A stretch of DNA of 55,227 nucleotides from Candidatus Thermofontivivens primus (GTDB lineage Bacteria > Sysuimicrobiota > Sysuimicrobiia > Sysuimicrobiales > Thermofontiviventaceae), in the NCBI GenBank assembly GCA_031458695.1, contig JAVKJW010000012.1:15346-70572 (forward strand), in the 5' to 3' direction. The notes beneath the pieces are model-generated. The model searched no databases and was not told the DNA's origin. It saw nothing but the letters and a program-made list of their open reading frames with translations. Shown here piece by piece: positions 24,881-34,525 of this stretch. Within the stretch, counting starts at the first letter, position 1. Each line of letters starts with the position of its first letter. The position numbers and the translations under genes are program-made.

Positions 24881-26299
24881 ATGCGTCTGACGGTTCGGGA
24901 GATCGTGGAAGCAACAGGGGGGAAGCTCCTCCAAGGAGACCCTGAGGTGGTCATTACAGGCGTCTCCACAGACAGTCGTACCATCCGCAGAGGGGAGCTC
25001 TTTGTGCCCCTTCGCGGGCCGCGTACCGATGGACACCACTTCATCGGGGACGCCTTGAGGCGAGGAGCCATTGCCACCCTCACGGCCAAGGAGGGCGTAG
25101 AAGGAGTCCCCAATGGGAGCGCGGTGATTGCGGTGGAGGACCCGTTGCGGGCGCTAGGGGCGATTGCCCATGCCCACCGGGAGCGGATCTCGCTCACGGT
25201 CGTGGGGGTGACCGGTAGTGTTGGGAAGACGACCACGGTGAAGATGACAAGGGAGGTGCTCGGCACGCGCTTTCGCGTCGCCTCCACCCGGGAGGAGTGG
25301 AACGCCGAGATCGGCGTCCCCCTGGCCATTCTTGGGCTTGATGAAAAGACAGAGGTGGCTGTCCTGGAGATGGCCATGCGTGGCCTTGGCCAGATCCGAG
25401 AGTTGGTGGAGATCGCCCGCCCGGAGATCGGCGTGGTCACCAACATCGGCGAATCTCACCTGGGATTGCTGGGATCGCGCGAGAATATTGCCAGGGCCAA
25501 GGGGGAGCTCATTGAAGGTCTTCCTCCAGGCGGCATCGCGATTCTCAACGCGGAAGACGATTTTACCCCCTTCCTCCGCACCCTCCACCGTGGGGAGGTG
25601 GTTACCTTCGGATTTGGCCCAGAGGCGATGGTGAGAGCGTCTGAAGTCTCCAGGGTAGGGGAGAGGACCAGGTTCTTGCTCCAGACTGGGAAAGGGAGTG
25701 TCCCTGTGGAGATCCGGGCGCTCGGGGTGCACAACGTCTCCAATGCCCTCGCCGCGGCAGCCGCCGGGCTCAGCCTCGGCCTCACCGTGGAAGAAATCCG
25801 CGAGGGGCTTGGGCGATTCACGCCTGCCAAGATGCGCCTTTTGCCGGTCGCATTGCCCCAGGGTGTATTGCTCCTTGACGATACCTACAATGCCAGCCCG
25901 ACCTCCACGCGGGCAGCGCTCGCCGTCCTTGAGGACCTGGGGAAGGGCAGGCGGAAGGTTGCCGTCTTGGGGGAGATGCTTGAGCTCGGGGAAAGCGCCG
26001 AGGAGGCCCATCGGCAAATCGGGCAGGAAGTGGCGCGCCACGGGGTGGAGGTGCTGATCGCCGTGGGGGAGCTGGGACGTTTCATTGCGGCAGGCGCCCA
26101 GGCGGTTGGCCTGGAACGCGTCCGGACGGTTTTAACCTGCGAAGAGGCGCTCTCTGCGCTCCTTGAGGAGCTCAGGCCTCTTGACGTCGTCCTCGTCAAG
26201 GCATCGCGGGCAGTGGGTCTGGAGCGCGTCGTAGAGGGCTTGCGGAAGAGGCTGTGGGAGGTGCAGGGTGAGAACTTCCTGAAGCAAGCACCTTCCTAG
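24881..26299 (+). CDS. murF: UDP-MurNAc-pentapeptide ligase MurF
   Basis: STDSR; GVTGSVGKTT; NAEIGVP; LEMAM; DDTYNASP; LGEMLELG; LVKASR. Confidence 0.95.
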   Translation: MRLTVREIVEATGGKLLQGDPEVVITGVSTDSRTIRRGELFVPLRGPRTDGHHFIGDALRRGAIATLTAKEGVEGVPNGSAVIAVEDPLRALGAIAHAHRERISLTVVGVTGSVGKTTTVKMTREVLGTRFRVASTREEWNAEIGVPLAILGLDEKTEVAVLEMAMRGLGQIRELVEIARPEIGVVTNIGESHLGLLGSRENIARAKGELIEGLPPGGIAILNAEDDFTPFLRTLHRGEVVTFGFGPEAMVRASEVSRVGERTRFLLQTGKGSVPVEIRALGVHNVSNALAAAAAGLSLGLTVEEIREGLGRFTPAKMRLLPVALPQGVLLLDDTYNASPTSTRAALAVLEDLGKGRRKVAVLGEMLELGESAEEAHRQIGQEVARHGVEVLIAVGELGRFIAAGAQAVGLERVRTVLTCEEALSALLEELRPLDVVLVKASRAVGLERVVEGLRKRLWEVQGENFLKQAPS

Positions 26300-26342
26300 C
26301 ACCTCTTTCAGGTGTTGGATGGTTTGTTGAGGTGGTGCGCTG

Positions 26343-27305
26343 TTGGTGAGAGTGGTAGCTGCGGGTGTCCTGGCGGCCCTGGCCGTCCTGGCAGGGGGAC
26401 CGTGGGTGATCGCCTGGCTCAAGCGCCTGGGGTACAGGCAGCAGATCCGGGAAGACGCGCCGGCAAGGCACCGGTCCAAGGCGGGAACACCGACCATGGG
26501 CGGGCTCCTTATCGTGGCGGCTGCCCTTTTCGCGATGCTCGTCGTAGGGGCCATCTCGGCAAGTTCCTTCGCCCTCACCCTCGTCTCCCTATCCCTCCTG
26601 GCGTTTGGTGGAATAGGGGCCGTGGACGATCTCCTGGCTATCCGCAGGGGAAGAAACCTTGGGTTGAGGGCACGGGAGAGGCTGGCGATCCAGATTCCCC
26701 TCGCCCTTCTCATCGGCTTCTTGGTCATGCAGCGCGTTGGCGCGGAGGTGTCCCTCCCGCTCCTTCCGATGCGCTGGAACCTGGGGTGGGCATACCCGGC
26801 GTTCGCTGCCTGCTACCTTCTGGGGTTTACGAACGGGACGAACCTCACCGACGGGCTGGACGGGCTTGCGGGCGGGGTTGCGGCGCTGGCGAGTGGGGCC
26901 TACATCGTCATTGCCTGGAGGATGGGGTATCCTCAGGTCGCTGTGGCAAGCGCAGCCCTCGCCGGCGCATGTTTGGCCTTCCTGTGGTACAACCGGTTCC
27001 CTGCGCGGGTGTTTATGGGGGATGTGGGGTCGAATGCGATCGGTGCCGCCCTCGCAACCATCGCAATGGTTACGAAGACGGAGCTCCTCCTCGTGGTCGT
27101 CGGGGGCGTCTTTGTGGCCGAGGCGCTCTCGGTGATCCTCCAGGTTGCCTATTTCAAGGCAACTGGAGGGAAACGGATCTTCCGGATGAGCCCGCTCCAC
27201 CATCATTTTGAGCTCGGGGGACTGGCGGAGCCGCAAGTGGTTCGCCGGTTCTGGGGAGCTGGAGCGCTTCTCGCCTTGATTGGAGTGGCGATGACAGGCT
27301 CGTAG
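26343..27305 (+). CDS. mraY: Phospho-MurNAc-pentapeptide transferase MraY
   Basis: KAGTPTMGG; GAVDD; NLTDGLDGL; FMGDVGS; FRMSPLHHHFEL. Confidence 0.96.
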   Translation: MVRVVAAGVLAALAVLAGGPWVIAWLKRLGYRQQIREDAPARHRSKAGTPTMGGLLIVAAALFAMLVVGAISASSFALTLVSLSLLAFGGIGAVDDLLAIRRGRNLGLRARERLAIQIPLALLIGFLVMQRVGAEVSLPLLPMRWNLGWAYPAFAACYLLGFTNGTNLTDGLDGLAGGVAALASGAYIVIAWRMGYPQVAVASAALAGACLAFLWYNRFPARVFMGDVGSNAIGAALATIAMVTKTELLLVVVGGVFVAEALSVILQVAYFKATGGKRIFRMSPLHHHFELGGLAEPQVVRRFWGAGALLALIGVAMTGS

Positions 27306-27320
27306 GCTGCGGAGGTACCA

Positions 27321-28766
27321 TTGTACGAACGGTTTGGTGGGAAAAACATCCATGTAGTAGGGATCTCCGGCGCTGAGGGATCTAGCGTCGTGGACTTCCT
27401 CCTGGCGTCTGGGGTCAAAAGCCTCACCGCCCACGACTTCCTCAGTGGGGAGGCTTTCGCCGAGAGCTTCCGCTACCACCATGCCTGGATGTCCCCTGCG
27501 CAACAAGAGGAAGCGCTGGCGCGGCTATTGGGCTACCCTATCTCCTACCGTCTGGGGGAGGAGTACCTCCGGGACATTTACGAAGCAGACCTCATCTTTC
27601 TTCCCCAGGGGTGGTTCCGCTACCCCCAGAACGCCCCTCTCCACGAGGCGAGACGCCTGGGGATCCCCACAAGCAGCATGATCCGGCTGTTCTTCGAGGT
27701 TTGCCCGTGCCCCATCATCGGTGTCACGGGGACCAACGGCAAGTACACCACGGCATTCCTTGTCTACCAGATGCTTCTCCACTCCGGCTTCCGGGCCTTC
27801 TTCAGCGGGAACGACAGGACCCATGAGCCCATCCTGTATCGGGTCCACGAGCTGACCCCTGATGCATGGCTTGTCCTGGAAGTAAGCAACCGCCAGCTCC
27901 TGGACCTCCCCTATAGCCCGCATATCGCTGTCCTTACAAACATTGCCCCCCACCACCTTGACGACCACGGTTCGATGGAGGCATATGCCGCGGTCAAGGA
28001 GACCATCTTCCGCTCCCAGGGTCAGGGGGATTTCGCTATCCTTAACGCCGACAACCCCTATACCCAGGAGATGATCCCCCGCTGTACAGCCCAGGTCTTT
28101 CCTTTCAGCCGCCTGCAAAGGCTTCCTCGCGGTGCTTACCTGGATGGGGAGGAACTTGTCCTGGCAAACGGGGAGAAGTGCCGCATCCTCTCCCTCGAGG
28201 AGCTACAGGTCCGCTGGACCCACTTCATCGAAAATGCGCTCGCTGCGAGCATGGCTGCTTACCTGGCCGGCGCCTCCCTGGAGTCAATCCGCGCAGTCCT
28301 GCGCTCCTTTTCTGGCCTGCCCTACCGGATGCATCGGTTCGCGGAGGTGGATGGTGTTCAGTTCTACGAGGACTCCCTCGCCACGAACCCGACTGCTGCA
28401 GCAGCAAGCATCTCCTCCCTCCAAGGCCCGCTCCTGGTGATCGCGGGGGGTGTGCGGCCGAGAGCTACCGCGGAGGATTTCGAACCGATGGTCAAGGCCA
28501 TGGGGGAGGGCCACGTCAAGACCGTGCTCCTCATTGGGAAGACGGCACCTCTGCTGGAGGAGGCGATCTCCGCGCTCCCGCCGGGGACCCGGCCCAAGGT
28601 CGTTCTGTGCGGGACGCTGGAACGGGCCGTGGAGGTGGCATGGGAGGAAGCCAGGCCCGGGGATACGGTCCTCCTCTCACCAGGTTGCGAGAGCTTTGAC
28701 CAGTTCAGGGACTACCGGCAGAGGGGAGATCGCTTCCGCAGCCTCGTCCTGGAGGTGTGTAGGTGA
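27321..28766 (+). CDS. murD: MurD-like Mur ligase, atypical
   Basis: Lies between mraY and ftsW; GVTGTNGK P-loop; LLSPGCESFDQFRDYRQRG C-terminal signature; many canonical motifs altered (see findings). Confidence 0.85.
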   Translation: MYERFGGKNIHVVGISGAEGSSVVDFLLASGVKSLTAHDFLSGEAFAESFRYHHAWMSPAQQEEALARLLGYPISYRLGEEYLRDIYEADLIFLPQGWFRYPQNAPLHEARRLGIPTSSMIRLFFEVCPCPIIGVTGTNGKYTTAFLVYQMLLHSGFRAFFSGNDRTHEPILYRVHELTPDAWLVLEVSNRQLLDLPYSPHIAVLTNIAPHHLDDHGSMEAYAAVKETIFRSQGQGDFAILNADNPYTQEMIPRCTAQVFPFSRLQRLPRGAYLDGEELVLANGEKCRILSLEELQVRWTHFIENALAASMAAYLAGASLESIRAVLRSFSGLPYRMHRFAEVDGVQFYEDSLATNPTAAAASISSLQGPLLVIAGGVRPRATAEDFEPMVKAMGEGHVKTVLLIGKTAPLLEEAISALPPGTRPKVVLCGTLERAVEVAWEEARPGDTVLLSPGCESFDQFRDYRQRGDRFRSLVLEVCR

Positions 28767-30022
28767 GTTCCTTTTCTTCGCTCAGGACGCGATCGCCAGA
28801 TTACCTCCTGTTCGGGATCGCCATGATCCTCGCGGGGATCGGGCTCGTGATCATCTACAGCGCCAGCTCGATTGTGGCCATGGAGCAATACCGGGATGCC
28901 GCCTACTTCCTGAAGCGCCAGGCTCTCTGGTTACTGGTTTCGGTCGCGGCTTGCCTCCTGGCGATGCGCGTTCCCTACACTCTGTTACGGCGCCTCACCC
29001 TGCCACTTCTGGTGCTCTCGGTTGCTGGGCTCCTCCTCGTGTTCGCCCCTGGGATCGGACACACTGCCGGTGGGGCGAGCCGTTGGATCGGATGGGGGCC
29101 GGTGCGGTTCCAGCCCGTGGAATTGGCCAAGCTGGCGTTGCTCCTTTACCTTGCTGGATTCCTCGCGGAGCGGGGCCAGGAGGTGCAGAGCTTCACCCGA
29201 GGGGTGCTTCCTCCACTCCTTGTGTTTGGAGCGATGGCAGTGCCAGTGGTAGCGCAGCCGAACCTTGGTTCCACGGCAGTGATGGCACTTGTGACGGGGT
29301 TGATGCTTTGCCTCGGGGGAGCCCGTCTCTTGCATCTTGGGGTGTTGGGAACCGGAGCTTTAGCTCTGTCCTTCCTATTGATCCTCCAGAGGGAGTACAG
29401 CCGGCGCCGCCTCCTTGCTTTCCTGGACCCAGGGGCTGATCCCCGCGGAGCGGGTTATCAGATCATCCAGTCCCTCCTGGGGTTTGGGTCGGGGGGGATC
29501 CTTGGCCTGGGGCTAGGGGAGAGCCGCCAGAAGTTCTTCTATCTCCCTGAGCGCCACACGGATTTCATCTTCTCCATCCTGGGAGAGGAGCTGGGGCTCG
29601 TCGGTGCCGGAGCGGTCCTGATCCTCTTCCTGGGATTCGTCTACAGGGGGTTCCGCATCGCCCGACTCGCCCCCAACAGGTATGCAAGCCTCCTGGCTGG
29701 AGGCATCACTCTGACCATTGGAATCCAGGCACTCCTGAACATTGGGGTCGTGACGGGGGTTCTCCCCATCACAGGCGTTCCCCTGCCCTTCCTCAGTTAC
29801 GGCGGTTCTTCCCTCCTCATGGCCATGATCGCCGTGGGGATCCTTATGAATATCTCCCAGTACATCCGGCCAGCTCCTCCACTCTGGAAGGGCCGGGGGA
29901 GACTGGAAGAGTCGAGCAGTTCCCAGGTTTCAGGTCTTGGAGGTCAGAGAAAGAGAAAAAGCAGAAGGGCGAGGGGAACGCACGAGCGACAACGGGGCAA
30001 GGAAGTGTACACCAGGAGATGA
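28763..30022 (+). CDS. ftsW: SEDS peptidoglycan polymerase FtsW
   Basis: GASRWI; FQPVELAK; GYQIIQS; YLPERHTDFIF; LPITGVPLPFLSYGGSS. Confidence 0.96.
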   Translation: MSSFSSLRTRSPDYLLFGIAMILAGIGLVIIYSASSIVAMEQYRDAAYFLKRQALWLLVSVAACLLAMRVPYTLLRRLTLPLLVLSVAGLLLVFAPGIGHTAGGASRWIGWGPVRFQPVELAKLALLLYLAGFLAERGQEVQSFTRGVLPPLLVFGAMAVPVVAQPNLGSTAVMALVTGLMLCLGGARLLHLGVLGTGALALSFLLILQREYSRRRLLAFLDPGADPRGAGYQIIQSLLGFGSGGILGLGLGESRQKFFYLPERHTDFIFSILGEELGLVGAGAVLILFLGFVYRGFRIARLAPNRYASLLAGGITLTIGIQALLNIGVVTGVLPITGVPLPFLSYGGSSLLMAMIAVGILMNISQYIRPAPPLWKGRGRLEESSSSQVSGLGGQRKRKSRRARGTHERQRGKEVYTRR

Positions 30023-31140
30023 GGATCGTCATCACAGGAGGAGGGACAGGGGGACACATCTACCCGGGCCTTGCCATCGCCGAGAGGCTTAGGGAAGAAG
30101 GGTGGACAGAGGTCCTGTTCATTGGGGGGGATCGCCTAGAGAGGGAGATCGTTCCCCGGGCAGGGGTCCCGTTCGTCTCGATTCCTGCAGCTCAGCTCCC
30201 ACGCAGGCCAGGGCCTCGCGCCATCCTTGCGCTTTTGCGGACAGCGAGAGGAGCCGTGCAGGCGGCACGCCTTTTGAGGAAGATGCGCCCGCACGCTGTC
30301 GTAGCTACGGGAGGCTATGCCTCCGCCCCTGTGGCTCTCGCTGCACTCCTTTTGGGAATCCCTCTCTTGCTCCAAGAGCAAAACGCGCTCCCTGGTCTTA
30401 CCAACAGGCTTGTGGCCCGGTGGGCTGCGCGTATCGCCGTGGCCCACGGGGAGGCAGGGAAGCTCTTTCCCCCAGGGAAGGTGGTGGTGACGGGGATCCC
30501 CATACGACCCGCCCTCCTCTTGGGATCGCGGGAGCGGGCGCAAGTAAAGTTTGGCCTTGATCCAGAGAAAGCGACGGTCCTGGTTCTGGGGGGAAGCCAG
30601 GGTGCGCAGGTCCTGAACCGGGCGATCCTGGAGGCGCTCCCCTACTTGGACGGGCTCGGGGTCCAAGTCCTCCACCAAACCGGCACGGCGCACATCTGCT
30701 GGGTGCGTGAGGAAGCGGAGAGGTTGGGCCAACAAGGCCTCAGCGTTTCTTATGTGCCCTTCCCCTACCTTGAATTGGAGGAGATGGCGGATGCCTATGC
30801 GTCCGCCGACCTCGTGGTCTGCCGTGCCGGAGCGACCACCCTGGCTGAAATCACCGCCGTGGGCCTCCCGGCGATCCTGGTCCCCTACCCGTATGCCGCA
30901 GAAGGCCACCAGGAGCAGAATGCCAGGATTCTGGAAGAGGCAGGGGCGGCGGTGGTCCTCCTCCAGAACGAGCTCAACGGACCCAGGCTCGCAGGGGAGA
31001 TCTCCCGGCTTCTTCGGGATCGTTCCCTCTTGCGCGCCATGGCGGATGCCAGCAAGCGTTGCGGCCGTCCCGATGCCACAAGAGAGGTAGTCCATTTGAT
31101 CCTGGAGTTGGCACGGGGCGGGAGGGACGGAATGGGATGA
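30019..31140 (+). CDS. murG: Lipid II GlcNAc transferase MurG
   Basis: TGGGTGGHIYP; EQNALPGLTN; GGSQGA; RAGATT; HQEQNA. Confidence 0.97.
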   Translation: MRIVITGGGTGGHIYPGLAIAERLREEGWTEVLFIGGDRLEREIVPRAGVPFVSIPAAQLPRRPGPRAILALLRTARGAVQAARLLRKMRPHAVVATGGYASAPVALAALLLGIPLLLQEQNALPGLTNRLVARWAARIAVAHGEAGKLFPPGKVVVTGIPIRPALLLGSRERAQVKFGLDPEKATVLVLGGSQGAQVLNRAILEALPYLDGLGVQVLHQTGTAHICWVREEAERLGQQGLSVSYVPFPYLELEEMADAYASADLVVCRAGATTLAEITAVGLPAILVPYPYAAEGHQEQNARILEEAGAAVVLLQNELNGPRLAGEISRLLRDRSLLRAMADASKRCGRPDATREVVHLILELARGGRDGMG

Positions 31141-32573
31141 CAAGGAAGGTCGCCGTGCAGGAGAAGATCAATCTGCCCCCCGGGGCATCCATCCACTTCG
31201 TGGGTATCGGGGGAGCTGGGATGAGCGCAATCGCACGTCTCCTCCTCGCGTGGGGCTACCGCGTCTCTGGGTCGGACATTCGTGCCTCTGAGGTAACCCG
31301 GCGCCTAGAGGCCCTGGGGGCGCGGATCAGCATTGGGCATAGCCCGGAGAACGTGGGGGAGGCCGATCTGGTCGTGGTCTCTAGAGCTATCCCCGCAGGA
31401 AACCCCGAGGTCCTCTCCGCATCCTCCCGCGGGATTCCCATCCTCCACCGTGCAGAGGTACTCGCCCGGATCCTCCAGGGAGGGTTCAGCATCGCCGTGA
31501 CAGGGACCCATGGGAAGACGACAACCGCTGCCATGGTCACGGCAGTTGCCATCGCGTCGGGCCGCGACCCAACGGCGCTCATTGGGGGAGAGGTTCCCGC
31601 CATTGGGGGGAATGCGCGCGTGGGAAGCCTAGAGACCATCATTGCCGAGGTGGACGAGAGCGACGGATCGTTCCTCTACGTCACCCCTTCGGTGGCTGTG
31701 ATCACCAGTCTCGAAGCCACCGACCACCTCGACACCTATGGTGACCTCCAGACTCTCCAGGACGCGTTCCGCAGGTTCCTCTCCACCGTGGGACCATCTG
31801 GGCTCGTAGTGGGGTGCGCGGATAGCCCGGCGGTGCGGGAGCTCTTGGGCGAGATCAAAGCGAGGACCGTGAGCTATGCCCTCCATGCTCCCGCGACCTA
31901 CACTGCCGCGTCCGTGGTTCTCTCGGGGCGGTCCGCTAGGTTCCTGGCGGTGCGGGAAGGCCGGTCCTTAGGAGAGGTCATCCTCCAGGTTCCAGGGAGG
32001 CACAACGTGGTCAACGCCCTGGCAGCGCTTGCAACGTCCCTCGAGCTTGGGAGCTCTTTCCATCAGGCGCGAGAAGGGCTGGCCTCGTTCTCGGGCGTCC
32101 GGCGGCGCTTTGAAATCCAGGAGTGCGGGGAGATCCTCGTCGTGGACGACTATGCCCATAATCCAACAAAGGTAAAAGCCGCGCTCCGTACAGCCCGCGA
32201 GGGATGGCCAGGGCGCCGCATCATTGCAGTCTTCCAGCCCCACCGCTACAGCCGCACCCGCACCACCTTCGCCCAGTTTGGGCCCGTCTTTGGAGATGCA
32301 GATGAGGTCATTATCACAGAGATTTACCCGGCAGACGAGCCTCCTCTCCCGGGGGTGAGTGCTAGGCTTATTGTGGACGCGGTGCAGGCGTACCGCCCCG
32401 TTCGGTACTGTCCATCCCTGGCGGAAGCGACAGAGGAAGTGTTGCGCCTCCTGCGGCCCGGGGACCTGATCCTGACCATGGGCGCAGGGGATGTGTGGAA
32501 GGTGGCTCGGGGAGTGGCAAACCGATTGTTGGGTATTGGTTCTTCGTCTGTCGTTTCACCCATGAACCCATGA
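31137..32573 (+). CDS. murC: UDP-MurNAc-L-alanine ligase MurC
   Basis: IHFVGIGGAGMS; GTHGKTTT; EVDESDGSF; DDYAHNP; FQPHRYSRT; MGAGD. Confidence 0.96.
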   Translation: MTRKVAVQEKINLPPGASIHFVGIGGAGMSAIARLLLAWGYRVSGSDIRASEVTRRLEALGARISIGHSPENVGEADLVVVSRAIPAGNPEVLSASSRGIPILHRAEVLARILQGGFSIAVTGTHGKTTTAAMVTAVAIASGRDPTALIGGEVPAIGGNARVGSLETIIAEVDESDGSFLYVTPSVAVITSLEATDHLDTYGDLQTLQDAFRRFLSTVGPSGLVVGCADSPAVRELLGEIKARTVSYALHAPATYTAASVVLSGRSARFLAVREGRSLGEVILQVPGRHNVVNALAALATSLELGSSFHQAREGLASFSGVRRRFEIQECGEILVVDDYAHNPTKVKAALRTAREGWPGRRIIAVFQPHRYSRTRTTFAQFGPVFGDADEVIITEIYPADEPPLPGVSARLIVDAVQAYRPVRYCPSLAEATEEVLRLLRPGDLILTMGAGDVWKVARGVANRLLGIGSSSVVSPMNP

Positions 32574-33490
32574 GGAAGAAGCTGGATATCCTGGAGCGAG
32601 AGATCCGGGCCATCGCCCGGGATGTGCGGCGGGATGAACCTCTCTCCCGACACGTCTCCTTCCATATTGGGGGACCGGCCGACCTTCTTGTCATCCCCCA
32701 GTCGCTGGAGGAGCTTCGCCGGGTGATGGCTTTCCTTTACAAGAAGGTGGAGATCCCTGTGGTTGTGCTGGGCCGAGGGAGCAACGTGCTTATCTCCGAC
32801 CAGGGCGTCCGGGGCGTTGTGGTCAAGGTCGGGAGGGGGGTAGATGCCATCGCTTTTTCTGGAACATCGGTGGTTGCAGAGGCGGGGGCCTTCCTCCCTA
32901 CCCTAGCCAACCAGGCTGCAAGCCGCGGCCTGTCCGGATTAGAGTTCTGCGCGGGCATCCCAGCTTCCCTCGGAGGTGCTGTGGTGATGAACGCTGGAGC
33001 CCACGGGCACTGCATCGCGGAGGTGGTTCGGAGGGTGCACCTGATCACGCCTTCTGGAGAAGAGGTGGTCGAGGCGGAATCCCTGGGGTTTGGGTACCGC
33101 AGGAGCGTCCTGCAAGAGAAGAAGGCTGTTGTGGTCATGGCGGAGCTGGAGCTGGATGCGAGCACACCCGAGGAGGTCCGCGCGCGCACAGAGCGATGGC
33201 TTCGTCAACGGAACACTACCCAGCCCATTGGCCCCCCGAGTTCGGGCTGTATCTTCCGGAATCCTCCGGGTGATCACGCGGGCCGCCTGATCGATCTTGC
33301 CGGTGCCAAGGGGTTGCAGATCGGCGGGGCGAGGGTCTCGGAGGTCCACGCGAACTACATCCTCAATGTTGGCGGGGCCACTGCTTCCGATGTCCTGGCC
33401 CTCATGGAGGAGATCATCCGCCTCGTCCGCAACCAGTTCGGCGTGGTCCTAGAGCCTGAGATCAAGCTTGTAGGCGATTTTTCAGGGTAG
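32570..33490 (+). CDS. murB: UDP-N-acetylenolpyruvoylglucosamine reductase MurB
   Basis: FHIGGPAD; GRGSNVL; GGAVVMNAGA; FGYRRS; SSGCIFRNP; HANY; LEPEI. Confidence 0.96.
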   Translation: MRKKLDILEREIRAIARDVRRDEPLSRHVSFHIGGPADLLVIPQSLEELRRVMAFLYKKVEIPVVVLGRGSNVLISDQGVRGVVVKVGRGVDAIAFSGTSVVAEAGAFLPTLANQAASRGLSGLEFCAGIPASLGGAVVMNAGAHGHCIAEVVRRVHLITPSGEEVVEAESLGFGYRRSVLQEKKAVVVMAELELDASTPEEVRARTERWLRQRNTTQPIGPPSSGCIFRNPPGDHAGRLIDLAGAKGLQIGGARVSEVHANYILNVGGATASDVLALMEEIIRLVRNQFGVVLEPEIKLVGDFSG

Positions 33491-33499
33491 GGGGATAAG

Positions 33500-34378
33500 G
33501 TGAGGAGCGAGGAAGGAGTCGCGAAGCGATATCCTGTGCCCCCGTGGATGGCGATGGAAAAGCCTATTCCGCCTGCCTCTTCTTCAGTGGGAAGGGAAAG
33601 GGACGAAGAGAGTGCAATGGGCCTCGCCCCAACGGAGGGGAGCGAGTTCGAACATCTCCTCTGGAGGCTTGGGCGCTTCTCCGTTGTCGTGGCGTTGCTC
33701 CTCTCCCTCGCATCCCTGCCCTTTTCGAGTTTCTTTGAGGTACGGGAGATCGAGGTGGAAGGGAACCTTCACCTTTCCCGGGAGGAGATTACTGCCCTGG
33801 CCAGGGTCCCGAAGGGTGTGAGTATCTTCCAGGTCGACCAGGGGACTCTGTTGGGACAGGTGGCTGCACACCCAAGGATCCGGAGGGCGACGGCCTTTCC
33901 TCGTCCACCTCACACCCTCGTCATCCAGGTGGAAGAGCGACGCCCGTTCACCTTGATGGAATACCACGGGCGCACTTGGGTCCTAGACGAGGAGGGCGTG
34001 GTGATTGGGCGTGCCGGGGGCAACGAGCTGGCCCCGTCTTTCCCCGTGCGGCTGCAGGTTTCCTTTCTTTCCATTCCTGCGATCGCTCCTGGGAAACCCA
34101 TCTCCTTGGAGGAGGTGCGTCACGCCTTAGAGATCCTCCACTCCCTCCCAAGGGAGGTAGAAGGAGAGGTAAGGGAACTTGTGGTAACCCGGGAAGGGTT
34201 CGTCCTGAGGATGCGCAATGGAATCCGGATCGACCTGGGGGGCTGGAAGGGGATCTCCCTGCGTCTTCACCGTCTCCCGCACGTGTTGCAGGCGGTACGC
34301 TCCTTGGAGGTGCCGGTGGAATCTGTGGACCTGCGCTTCGGGGAGACGGTGGTGATCAATCCGCAGGGCAAGCCGTAG
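33500..34378 (+). CDS. ftsQ: Cell division protein FtsQ/DivIB
   Basis: One TM helix, POTRA region (FEVREIEVEGN..PHTLVIQVEER), C-terminal VDLRF; lies before ftsA. Start uncertain. Confidence 0.88.
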   Translation: MRSEEGVAKRYPVPPWMAMEKPIPPASSSVGRERDEESAMGLAPTEGSEFEHLLWRLGRFSVVVALLLSLASLPFSSFFEVREIEVEGNLHLSREEITALARVPKGVSIFQVDQGTLLGQVAAHPRIRRATAFPRPPHTLVIQVEERRPFTLMEYHGRTWVLDEEGVVIGRAGGNELAPSFPVRLQVSFLSIPAIAPGKPISLEEVRHALEILHSLPREVEGEVRELVVTREGFVLRMRNGIRIDLGGWKGISLRLHRLPHVLQAVRSLEVPVESVDLRFGETVVINPQGKP

Positions 34379-34387
34379 GACTGGGGA

Positions 34388-34416
34388 AAAGGAAGAAGGG
34401 AAAATCACGTAGAATA
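34388..34416 (+). promoter_or_regulatory. Sigma-H-like promoter candidate upstream of ftsA
   Basis: AAAGGA-agaagggaaaatcacgta(18)-GAATA; B. subtilis ftsAZ has a known sigma-H promoter. Confidence 0.5.
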
Positions 34417-34525
34417 ACCCATGGTTCACCCAGCAAGGACTTAAGGGATTGGGAACGGGCCAGGATTCCCAAGGTTCCCCGCTGAAACCCTGAAGGGTTT
34501 TTGAGAGCCGACGGGAGGTGGGCGT

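Noticed and set aside
23626..25446. 606-aa minus-strand ORF and similar long antisense ORFs (7584-8912, 19551-20729, 35847-36968, 41012-42133, 44136-45482)
   Set aside because: Shadows of well-supported genes, expected in GC-rich DNA; no recognisable domains.
29910..32560. Period-7 traces in the ftsW tail (about 29920), the murC tail (about 32530) and after livF (11105)
   Set aside because: Too degenerate to distinguish from chance, although they may be decayed members of the repeat family.
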